From positions 744,001-808,000 of the forward strand of contig VRMN01000004.1 of the NCBI GenBank assembly GCA_008690995.1: DNA of 64,000 nt, in the 5' to 3' direction. Below the pieces are notes generated by a model. That model worked only from the letters and a program-made list of their open reading frames with translations. It did no database searches and was not told the origin of the DNA. This document shows positions 22,157 to 32,300 of the stretch, one piece after another. This stretch comes from Porphyridium purpureum (lineage: Eukaryota). A program made the translations under genes and the position numbers. Positions within the stretch are counted from its first letter, which is position 1; every line of letters starts with the position of its first letter.

Positions 22157-23760
22157 ACTTTGGCGCTACGCCTTGTCCTTACTTTTGCGGATATCAAGAT
22201 GAATCGTCGCATCACTTTCTTCTTCATGCTTTGCCCGCCTCTTTTCGTGGCCTTATATACACGTTGAACACAATCCTCCTGGTCTGATTTTAGCTCAACG
22301 CACGGACACAGACAGCCAACGCAAGACACCGCAAGGCTCATTGACTTGGCTTCCATGGAATGCAAATTGCTTGGGACGTGAACGAGGATGATGCTTCAGC
22401 TGACGAAGACGGCAAGTCCGGGTGAACGTCTATTTTTGTGCCCCGTTCAGCAGACCTGTGATCGAATTCGGACCGCCGATCTCGCCGAAATCACACGTCC
22501 CGCGCCACGTTTCTACGACAGACGCATTCTACGCTTCTACGCACGACTCGCTCTGCGATGCTTGCAACGAGGTTACTCGCTCACCCTGTGCCGCACAAGA
22601 CGTGCAACACGACACTTCCATCGGTCGTTGTTGTCCGCCCTTGCGCCGCAGCAACCGCTCCGGCCACACGGAGGAACAGCAAACGGCAACGTAGAAAAGG
22701 GCGCCGCGATCGCCGAAATCAACACGCACGACGTGCTGAGTGTACACCCACCGCCGCGCTAAATTCGTTCCCTCACCCGCCAAAAAGCGGTTCATCAAAT
22801 TCCCCTCTTGTCATCAGAACATCCAACCCTCGCGTGCACTTTAAGTCCAGCGCAACGTCATCACTCTACCTTTTCTATGATTCGAACGGCGGGGTTCAGT
22901 CGCGGGCAAGGGTGCACGCTCACGCAAGTAGGGTTACAAGCCGCCCGCGCTGACAAGGACGAAGAGTGTGCGCCTGCGCGATGCGACGGGATTTCTGAAT
23001 CACGGAGGAGCGTGTGCGGGATTGTGTGTCTCGCGGAATGGATTTTTTTTTTGATTTCTTCCCTTTTCGTCGAGCGTATGAATGTGGACCATGTTTGCGA
23101 ACACGTTCGTAAGGTCGTGGCGATACACGGAAGACGAACGTCAACAACCATGGTAGGATTTCGACGCAACAAGCGTGCATCCTCATTGCGTGTGAACATG
23201 CCCGTTCGCGCGATCGGAAAGGGGGCATAGCATCCATCCCACCATGATTCCGCCGACTTTGCGAGCCGCGCCGAAACTGTCATGCGAAAATGAGCATGTC
23301 GTGCTTGTTTTGCCAGGGGAGGAAAACGATTCGGCTCGCCCGCCCACCGCCTCATGGCGATCCACTTCGTGCCTATTCAGCAAACGGCACGCTGGAGGTA
23401 AATCTCGCGTAGTGTAGAGTTGTGGGTGATCGACTAAATTAAATTGAATGCGATGCTCATGTCTGTGAAGCGCTTTGTATGACCTACATTCGTCATTCCT
23501 CTTTTGATTCCGACGACACCAGAGAACCGAAAAGAAGAACCGCGGGAGTAAAAATAAAAAACCACCCCGCATGCATTATCTGCCCGGCGTGGTGTAGAGC
23601 GCGTGTGGCTTGTATATAACCAGCCCCACGCCGGTCAGGAAGGAAGCGGTACGATCTCTGTATCTGAACATTTTTCATCCAACTCTTCGAACTCTCAAAG
23701 GCTTGTGCGCGCACGGCAGTCTTTGCAACTTGGCTTCGGCGTTTGGACCAGCGCGCCGCA

Positions 23761-24204
23761 ATGGAGTACTCGACCTTTTCATTCAAACGCGAGCCCGCGG
23801 CATCGACTGCTGCGCTCCAGGAAATCCGCTTCAAGTGCGTGGATAAGATGCCTCAGCCCACCGGCAGTACGCAAAGACTTCGCTTCTTTTCCAACCTCGA
23901 GACCATTCCAGAGGTGGCTGAGGAAGAGGAGGAAGAAGAAAGCGAACAGGAGGAACGTGGCGAGTCATTCAAGTCAAATAGGAGCGTCCGAATGCCGTAT
24001 AGCAGTGCGTCGGTGGACTTGAGACTGTTCAGACGTGTACAAACAGCCTGCCCGGGGTCAATGGGCTTGAGCAGGCGACCTAAACGGTACGGAAGCAATT
24101 CGATGAACTCAACAACCGCCATAATGCTGCGCCAACGACAATCTGGTGAGCTGCAGAAACTCGTTGAGCACCTCATGGTCCTGACTGAGTCCGGTAGCCG
24201 GTGA
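23761..24204 (+). CDS. Family B small protein, divergent subtype (147 aa)
   Basis: STAALQEIRFKCVDKMPQ...RFFSNLETIPEVAEEEEEEE; TATATAA at 23613-23619. Confidence 0.75.
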   Translation: MEYSTFSFKREPAASTAALQEIRFKCVDKMPQPTGSTQRLRFFSNLETIPEVAEEEEEEESEQEERGESFKSNRSVRMPYSSASVDLRLFRRVQTACPGSMGLSRRPKRYGSNSMNSTTAIMLRQRQSGELQKLVEHLMVLTESGSR

Positions 24205-24674
24205 GCAGGCAAGTACACGCGCCAAACGGGCACCCTAATAGCTTTACTTGTACATACGCAAACATGCAGAAGCTGGTGTAAAGGTATATCGCATTTTTAC
24301 GACGTTTTCTGTTTCTTTTCTAAAATCTCCAGTGCACTCAGCGCCTTATGACCATTTACTCAATGCCGAGGACGGTGACCGTGACCAGCAAACGCGATAG
24401 TGCCAGTTCGTCTCTCCCATTCAGCGCACAAGGCAAAGCATAGAGGCACCAGCAGTGCGACAGCCATGTGCAGGTCATCTCGGTAGTCGCTGCTCCGACT
24501 CATGCAGGCATCCACTGCTACGCCCGAGAGAGAGCTTCGACATCAAGATGAGAAAAGCTGGGCGTCAACCCTCTCCGGTCTGTTAGATAGGAACATGCTT
24601 TTGCATGCCGAAGATTCCGAGCGAAATTGGAGGTCAGGGCGACATGAAAACGACTTTCTCTGTCCCAACCTGTT

Positions 24675-27041
24675 TCAGCGCTCGTCTCGCTGTTGAATGC
24701 GGCTAGCCAAGCGAAATCCTTGTTTCTCACTGGCGAGGAGAAGCGATTTGACCCGCTTCCAAAAACGTGTCGAAGCGCGCACCAAAAGTTCACCTGCAAC
24801 GTAGCGCGAGCTCTCGAGCGGCGGAATCGCCTCCAGCAACTCGTCGCGTCTCGATATCAGCTGCATGATCACCTCTTGCGCCACGCCAGAGCGCCGCGTC
24901 TCTGTGTGATCGGCGCGCCTTTCCTCCGCACGCACAAGCGAGCCCGCGCTGAAGAATGTACCCCGTTGAAGCAGCGCTGCCAGCACGTCTTTCGCAAATT
25001 GGACCCGCTCCGGATCAGCCACATCCACGGGCGGCGGTATTATTCCGCGTGTCACATCACTAATAGCTCGCCCGGATGCCAACTGCAAATCATCGATCAG
25101 ATCCGTCAGGTCTTTCAGGAGCGCGTCGCGCAGGAAGCGGCCATTTGCAGAAAGAAAAAACTCAACCGCCGCAGCGATCATTCGATCATTCTGGGCCTCA
25201 CCCGCGCTCGCGGCTGGTGACGCGACGTCTCTTGCCGGTACCGATGTATGGGTGGGCACATTGTCTGGCCTTCGCACCTGGAAGCCTTGCATTCCAGAAT
25301 CTTGCAGTAGCGACTTGAGACGAGACCATCGAATCCTCCCTGTCACTGGATCGAGAACAACTTCCTGCATGGCCTGAACAAGCTCGGGCGCCCGGTCGTT
25401 CAGCAGCCGCCGCGACACATAAGGAACTGCCGAGTCCACAATGCGGAAATTCGGGTCAGCAGCCAGACCCAGGCCTTCCAAAATCGCCAGCGAACGAATA
25501 ACTAACGCAAAGTATGAGGGAAGTCGTATCGGCGAGCTGCGAGTCACTTGGGACAGCGTCTTCGTTAGGGCGCCAAAACTGATATTCTTGAGCTTGCCGT
25601 CGGGACTGGCATCTCTAAAGGCGCGCTGCAGCGTCGCAGCCACATCTGCCACTTTTAAGTCTTGCGACTCTTGAGTGGTGGTTCCATCAACGGCACCCAG
25701 AAAGCCCAGTACATCAAAGTCCTTTGCTAGCAGGTCCCACTGCTTATTGATCAGGTGCGCGATGCTTCCTATCAGGGCAAAGCGTGTCTTCTCGTCCACT
25801 TGCGCCATCATGCCAAAGTCAATGTATGCAAGCTGCCCATCAGGCGTGCGCAGCAGATTCCCTGCGTGCGGATCGACCTGGTAAAACCCGTCGTCGAGCA
25901 ACTGCTTTAAGCTGCACAGAATGCCGCTCTCGATCAGCGCACGAGAATCCTGCCCTTGGACTTTCAGCGTGCGCCCTTCCACAAAATCCATGGTGAGGAC
26001 CCTTCTGGTTGTCAATTGCTCGTAAGCCCTGGGCACCACGACTCCTGTGACTACGCCGTTACCGTACAGCGTGTAAAATTTGTTGCAGTTGCGGGCCTCG
26101 TTTTCATAGTCGATCTCCTGCATCAGCAGCCTGCCAAACTCGTCCACAACGGCAACCATGTCTGAGCGCAGCCCGAGCCGACGCTTGCCGTATGCCGCCA
26201 ACTTGCGCAAAATGTATAGATCTAAACGCGCAGTCTCTTCAATATTGGGGCGCTGCACCTTGACAGCGACTTTTTTCGGTGGTGCGGAACCTTCTGCACG
26301 TAGAGTGGCACTATAAACTTGTCCCAAGGATGCTGCAGCGATTGGTGCGTCACTGAAAGACGCATATACTTCGTCAAGCCGCTGTACGCCAAACTCATCC
26401 AGCACGATCCGTCGCGCCTCATCGTCAGGAAATGGCGCTACTCTATCCTGTAGTGTCTGCAGCGCACTGAACAATGTAATATCTGTCACAATGTCCGGCC
26501 TGTTACTGATCAGCTGGCCGACTTTGACCATCGTTGCGCCCATTTTTGTGATTACTTGCACCAGTGCCGCGGCACTTTGCTCGGTTTGCGGCGCGTTCAA
26601 AGCTACACCTCTCAAGACGCGATATCGCAGCGTCCATCCCACTAACGGCCACCCGATTGAGGCCAAGCGCAGCAGCACGAGCTCTGGACGAGCATCATAA
26701 TACTCACAGATCGCCGCTGCATCGTATGCTCTCAGCGGTTGCGTACCTACAAGAAGCTCTTTACCAGGCAGACTCGCGTGCGCCTTCTCACGATCCTCAC
26801 TTAAACCGCTGACAGATGTCACTGTAATCCTCGCAATTCTTCTCCTTGTCCCCAACGACTGACCCCCGCCCCGCACGGACCCGAAACACACCGCGGGACC
26901 CGAACTGGATCCCAATCTCCAATTCTCGCGCACATGACTGAGTTGTTCACCGCACGTATCAGTGCGCGCAGGGCCACTGGGACAAAATGCGCATGGATGA
27001 CTCCTCCTTCCGTTGCTCCTCCTCTTCGCCAGTCCCATCAT
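24675..27041 (-). CDS. ABC1/UbiB-family atypical kinase (ABC1K), probably plastid-targeted
   Basis: MGATMVKVGQLISNRPD, LQDRVAPF, IAAASLGQVY, VAVKVQRP, EIDYENEA, DPHAGN and IDFGMM. The first ATG is at 27041 and is followed by an R/S-rich transit-like N-terminus. Confidence 0.92.
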   Translation of the reverse strand: MMGLAKRRSNGRRSHPCAFCPSGPARTDTCGEQLSHVRENWRLGSSSGPAVCFGSVRGGGQSLGTRRRIARITVTSVSGLSEDREKAHASLPGKELLVGTQPLRAYDAAAICEYYDARPELVLLRLASIGWPLVGWTLRYRVLRGVALNAPQTEQSAAALVQVITKMGATMVKVGQLISNRPDIVTDITLFSALQTLQDRVAPFPDDEARRIVLDEFGVQRLDEVYASFSDAPIAAASLGQVYSATLRAEGSAPPKKVAVKVQRPNIEETARLDLYILRKLAAYGKRRLGLRSDMVAVVDEFGRLLMQEIDYENEARNCNKFYTLYGNGVVTGVVVPRAYEQLTTRRVLTMDFVEGRTLKVQGQDSRALIESGILCSLKQLLDDGFYQVDPHAGNLLRTPDGQLAYIDFGMMAQVDEKTRFALIGSIAHLINKQWDLLAKDFDVLGFLGAVDGTTTQESQDLKVADVAATLQRAFRDASPDGKLKNISFGALTKTLSQVTRSSPIRLPSYFALVIRSLAILEGLGLAADPNFRIVDSAVPYVSRRLLNDRAPELVQAMQEVVLDPVTGRIRWSRLKSLLQDSGMQGFQVRRPDNVPTHTSVPARDVASPAASAGEAQNDRMIAAAVEFFLSANGRFLRDALLKDLTDLIDDLQLASGRAISDVTRGIIPPPVDVADPERVQFAKDVLAALLQRGTFFSAGSLVRAEERRADHTETRRSGVAQEVIMQLISRRDELLEAIPPLESSRYVAGELLVRASTRFWKRVKSLLLASEKQGFRLASRIQQRDER

Positions 27042-27481
27042 AACATCCTTCCTCCCTTCCGTTCCCTTTTCCCTCCTACCCCCTTCCTCTTCTCGCCCTC
27101 CACTACCACCACCACCCCCCTCTCGACAACTCTCATCAAACACACCCACACCTGCTGTACCGCTTACTGTACTTTTTTCCACGTTAAACACACGATTAAC
27201 TTAATTTTTTATATTACTTTAATGGTGTTCACTGTACTTTTATGTACTGTTGAGTACTGTAACTGTACCTCTCTGTCGGTCCGATTTTTCAATTTTTTTT
27301 TTTTTTTTGGGACGTTGGCACGAGCGGGTTTTTCGGTGTTTGATTGGGAGAGGGAGAGAGAGAGAGAATGGGAGAGAAGAGTGGTTGTAGTTGAGAAGGG
27401 TGTGTTTGTGTGGCGTGTCCCGGCGTGGAGAGGTAGTTGTCGACGAGGCGCGGCGCGGATGTGCGCGCGGAGACGTGGAGG

Positions 27482-29251
27482 ATGAGCAGCGGAGGCGGGA
27501 GTAGCAAGCCTGCGGTGCGGTTTGGACGAACGCATGCACCGGCAAAGGCATCGGACGACGCGACAGCCGCGCACGAGACGCTCTTGCGAACATCCGCGTC
27601 CTCGCAGATATCCGACAGCGGCTCGTTTCCAGTGAGTTCCGGCTCTGGCGGGCGCGCAGCGTCTGCCGTCGCCCCAGGTGGGGATGAGCAGCACGCCAAG
27701 AAGGAAAAGACAGGGGTCAAATTCCCACCGCTCGCCGAGATCCCGGACTTTTTCGGGACGAGAAAGAAGAAACCGGCCAACGAGGAGTATAAAAGCGTGT
27801 CCGTGGCGGCAAGCGAGGTCGCGAGTACCTCGTCATCCGGTGTTTCCAGAAATGCATCCCCAGGTCATGCTATGAACCTTAGCAAGGCAGATCGGGCAGT
27901 GAAGCCGAACAGTGAGCGCAAGGTGCCACCTGTCGCCGCTCGCGCGGGAACGCGCTACTACCCGATCCAAGTGGAAGTACAGGCACCTGCCTACCAGGAT
28001 TTCGAAATGGGTTTTCGTATGATGATGGTGGCAACCATGCTAGTTTCGTCGCTTGCCCATATGTTCGAATCTTCCGTACTGGCCTGGGTTGCCCTGGTGC
28101 TCGCGATTGTCGTGATGGTGCTTGCGGCAAAATCATCACTAGACGACAAGGTCTCGCGGACGGTGCAGGTCACCCTGAACGTGGTGCCGAAGAATCAAGC
28201 AATCACTGCTCAAGCCTCCGAAGGAGAGGACAAGTCGGCGACCCAGCCGCACTCACAGCGCCCCCGCCAGGTGGCCTTTTCAAACGTGACCAAGGATGTA
28301 GACGAACACGTCGCTGACGGCAGCGACGACGAAGAAAGCGGGACACTTGAGAAACGCGCAAGCCGCATGATGGACGTGATTGGCTGCGATCAGTTGTTCA
28401 GCGTGGTCAAATCCAGGTCCGGCAAATTGTATTCTCCCGCGCCCGCACCGTCGCTATCGGATGCAGACCCGAAGGCATTGTGGCTGGCCGAGCAGAATGC
28501 ACGTTATCAGGACTTCAAGGCCGAGAACGACCAGCAGCGCGCATTGCTCAAGATCAAGGATTTATGGCTCGCGTTGGAGCTCAAATCGAGCGGCGATTTC
28601 CGTTTTAATCAATTTAACGAGGCTCTGCTGAGCCTAGGTGCGGTGATCGACGCGTTTGGGACCGCCTTGGTTGTTATCAAGATGGACTGGAGCGCGAAAT
28701 GCGGCGCGATCGAGACAGCATGTGTGCGCGCCGGTACCGAATATGTCCACCCGATGGTGTGGGCTGAGGTCGCAAAGAAGGGCCCGCCTGGCTTGACGGG
28801 CTCGGACGGTATTTTGTGGATGAAGCGCACACTGCAGTTTATCGTGAGTATGATTTCGGGCCTCACATTGGGCGGTGTGGATTTGGGCGAAGCGGTCGAA
28901 TTTGCGTACCGCGAGACCTTGTACCACGTGCATCCGTATCTCGTGCAAAAACTCGCAGGCAATATCAAGCGAGCGGTACCGACGCGTGACACTTTCATCC
29001 AGCGCTTGTACCCTGATGAAGGGTTTGTCACGTTCAAGCTGCGCGAGTTTAGCTACATCATGCGCCCCAAGCTCGATATGATAACTGCCTTTCTCAACGA
29101 GGCCAAGGTTGAAACCGTGCTCACCCAGTCGGCGGATCACTTTCACGGGGGCGCCAAGAAGCAGTTCGCTGCCGCTGCCGCAAGCGCTCCGACAGCGGCC
29201 GTTGCGCCAACCGCAAAGCCCAAGCACCGCAGAACCAAGACAATTGGTTAA
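27482..29251 (+). CDS. Transmembrane protein with a C-terminal glycolipid transfer protein (GLTP) domain
   Basis: Two adjacent hydrophobic segments in the middle of the protein. C-terminal IDAFGTALVVIKMD...GILWMKRTLQFI...AYRETLYHVHPYLVQK...VPTRDTF matches the GLTP fold motifs. Confidence 0.78.
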   Translation: MSSGGGSSKPAVRFGRTHAPAKASDDATAAHETLLRTSASSQISDSGSFPVSSGSGGRAASAVAPGGDEQHAKKEKTGVKFPPLAEIPDFFGTRKKKPANEEYKSVSVAASEVASTSSSGVSRNASPGHAMNLSKADRAVKPNSERKVPPVAARAGTRYYPIQVEVQAPAYQDFEMGFRMMMVATMLVSSLAHMFESSVLAWVALVLAIVVMVLAAKSSLDDKVSRTVQVTLNVVPKNQAITAQASEGEDKSATQPHSQRPRQVAFSNVTKDVDEHVADGSDDEESGTLEKRASRMMDVIGCDQLFSVVKSRSGKLYSPAPAPSLSDADPKALWLAEQNARYQDFKAENDQQRALLKIKDLWLALELKSSGDFRFNQFNEALLSLGAVIDAFGTALVVIKMDWSAKCGAIETACVRAGTEYVHPMVWAEVAKKGPPGLTGSDGILWMKRTLQFIVSMISGLTLGGVDLGEAVEFAYRETLYHVHPYLVQKLAGNIKRAVPTRDTFIQRLYPDEGFVTFKLREFSYIMRPKLDMITAFLNEAKVETVLTQSADHFHGGAKKQFAAAAASAPTAAVAPTAKPKHRRTKTIG

Positions 29252-29326
29252 ACGACCCAGTGAGCGAATTTTGTATAAAAGAACCCTTGTCGCAAAACCC
29301 ATCCCCGCCGAGCGCCATGACATTAT

Positions 29327-32300
29327 TCAAAGCTCAGCGTGCTCAACGCAGCTGGGTTCCTCGGCGCTATTCTTCTCACCCACGTTGCAAGATACACTTG
29401 CATTCACGGCAAGGATGCGCGCCATACTTTTGGTAGCTTCCTTATCGAGCTGTATCCACTCTGGAATGATGCGCTTGGCGCTTACGAGCTTAGGTTCCTT
29501 TGTCATAGGGTTGTTGCACAGGTCGATGGTGCGCGCCCGCCACTTTGTGTCCTCCGCGCACCACGTCTCGCACCAGAGCCAATCGAGCGGTAGCGATGCG
29601 ATAGGCAATCCACCAGGCTTGTTCATTGAGTTTGGAAGGTCCTGGTCCAGGTTCGAAAGGCTAGCCGGGTCGCGTGAAAGTAGTTGGTACTGCACACGCA
29701 GCGCGTCACCTGCAGCAATACGCCGAAAACGGCGTAGATCTACGAGGAACAGTGCAGATATGTGGTAGGGCCGCTCGCCGAGGACACCGCGCCAGTACCC
29801 GTGCTTCCAGAAGCGAAAGCCCTCCACATCAACCCGTGAATCACAAAAAGGCACGAACGCATACGGTGCGCCATGCGGCAAAGGCTGGTAACTCAGGAGT
29901 TCGGCCAAATCACCGCGCACTACCTGATCCGAGTCGATAAATATAACGTGGGACACATCAAGCGGGAACAGTACATCCAGAAACAAAATTTTGTATGCCC
30001 ACAGCACACGCTGCCGTTCGCTTTGCGAGCGCAACCACGGTGGCCACTGATACGCCACCAGTTCGTAGTCGAAACCGTGTTCCGCCGCAAATGCGGGTAG
30101 CGCCGCTTTGAACATTGGCGACAAGTAATTTCCCAAAAGCCAAAACTTGATCGGACGAGAACTCTGGCGGCTTGCGCTCAGCATCATAATGCGCAGAAAT
30201 CGCTCATACAAGTGCCCAGAAGCCACAGAGAAGACATGAATAGGCTCTTTGCTCTTGGCCGTCAGAAAATGGACTGGAACATGGCGTTGCCACCATGCAC
30301 GCCCAGCGGACAGCATTCTTTCCAACTTCAACCACCAACGAAAAGAAATCCTGCTCCGAGCCATGATTTCAAGGTCTGCGCCATGATTCTTCAAATCCAG
30401 GTCATTATTCAAGTCATCCTCGTCCACATTGACGACTAGTTTGACCTCGTCCGTCGGCGCTTGTGGCCGCCGACGAACAGGGAGAGGCGTGAATGCGTTG
30501 GCGTCGCGGCGTGCATCCGCAAGTGAGTCAAGCATGACACCAACATACGGTTCCCCCGTGGCTTCGAACACGAATACGTCGCGCCCGGCGCCGATCATCT
30601 CGACCCTCAAACGTGACGGCTGAGTGGCACGAAGCTGGTAGTACCCAACATTCTGCATAACAACCGTATCTGATACGAGCTGTCCGCCGAAGCGCTTGAG
30701 GGCAAGCTGTAAGCCCTGCACAGACTGAGCAACGGCACCTTTGCCCTCCTGCTCGTCCTGTCCGGGCGCATAGGCATTCTCCCACGCACTCCCAGAAATA
30801 ATTACTGCGTCTAGCACATACTCGGCCAAGATTGTGCGCTTCTTTTCTACGTCTTTGTCAACTTGTGGCGCAAGCACGACATTGTCCAGGTCAACGTGGG
30901 CAGCAGATGCGCTCACAAGCCAGGTGCGCGGTGCGTCCACCGACACTGTCAGAACCAGCTGTTGCGGCAGCGCGTTGCTCTGGAAGCTAGCCACAGGATA
31001 CGTAAACGCCGAACCATCCGGGACAAACACGCGTGGCTCAAACACGTGCTTGGTGAAACGCTTGGACAACTTTGTGGAGGGAAAGCGCGGAATGAGCACG
31101 ATTCGCACGGGCACGTCCAGCGACGTATGCAGGTAGGTGAGCAATTGTGTGAGCTTGGATAGTCGCGCATCGTCAAGCCGCAGAAATGCATCGACTTGAA
31201 TGTTCGATGCCGCGGATGGCTTTGACGACGAAAGGGAGAACGCAAACTCTCCAGCCTGGTCGATACGTTTTCTCATGCGGCTAGTGCTCATCACTGTCGA
31301 CTGGTACTCGCCGACAAGTGCTGCCCCGCCGCAGTTTTTATGCACGGCAGCGGCCGCAACACTCAGCAGCACGACAGTGTCTTCGTCGGTAGCAGTAGAC
31401 GTGGAAGCAAATGCTTCTAGCATAAGGCGCGAACGAAGCGTGCCGCGATAATGCAGCAGAGCGTCAAAATCGTCCACATCCTGAGCCAACTCGGCAGCGC
31501 TGAATCCAATTCCGTCAACCACAACAACGCCATCTCTTGCAGCATTCGATTCGATGCCAAGAGCTCGCAACAGCTTTTCGGTCATTTCGTGCCAAAGCTC
31601 ATCGTCCAGAAGCTCGGCATGCTTGCCCGTTGGCCTCCTGCTGTCACCCAGTACCGTTTGAAAGAGTGTGTCTTCCATGTTGGCGTCACTGCGTGAGCCC
31701 GACAAAAAGGCGCCGCCGAGCTCGTGAAAAGTGAGAGCTGCGGACGCAGTGGAGGACCCCACGGGTATCAATGCGAGCCGGAAGGAGCCAGAAGATGACT
31801 GGCTTTGTCGCTTGTCCGACATCCACTGCACAAGCACGCGAAGAAGCGTCTGAGCGCTTCCAGTACTATCTCCAAAATCACCTACGATCCAAACTGTTGT
31901 CGCTGGCGGGTGAGTCTTTTCACGTGCCAGCCAGACGTGCTTCAAATGTGCCCAGGGCACCTGCCATACGTGCTGCTCAGGCTCTGTCACTCCGCTGGCA
32001 TGCTTGAGCGTGAACCGACGAAAGTCCGGCACGAAACGATCAGTGGATGCCGCACCCTCCTTCTCGTCATCTACCTCAAAAAGCTTCGAAAAGCGGGTGA
32101 GCGCACGCATACCAACGAAGAGGAGGCGTAGAGGATTCTCAGCTTGGCCTTTAGCGTGTTTGTTCCCCTGTGCGGTAGCATCTCGATCCGTAGCAGATGC
32201 GCGTGTCCCTTTCTTGAGGATTTGGTTGGCGAGCCGCTTTTGTTCTGTGCGCGCAGTCGAAAAGATCGCATCGAGGCCATCTTGAATATCCACACGTTTC

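Noticed and set aside
22388..23572. Overlapping 90-164-aa ORFs between family B copies
   Set aside because: No family B motif or other domain found; treated as intergenic
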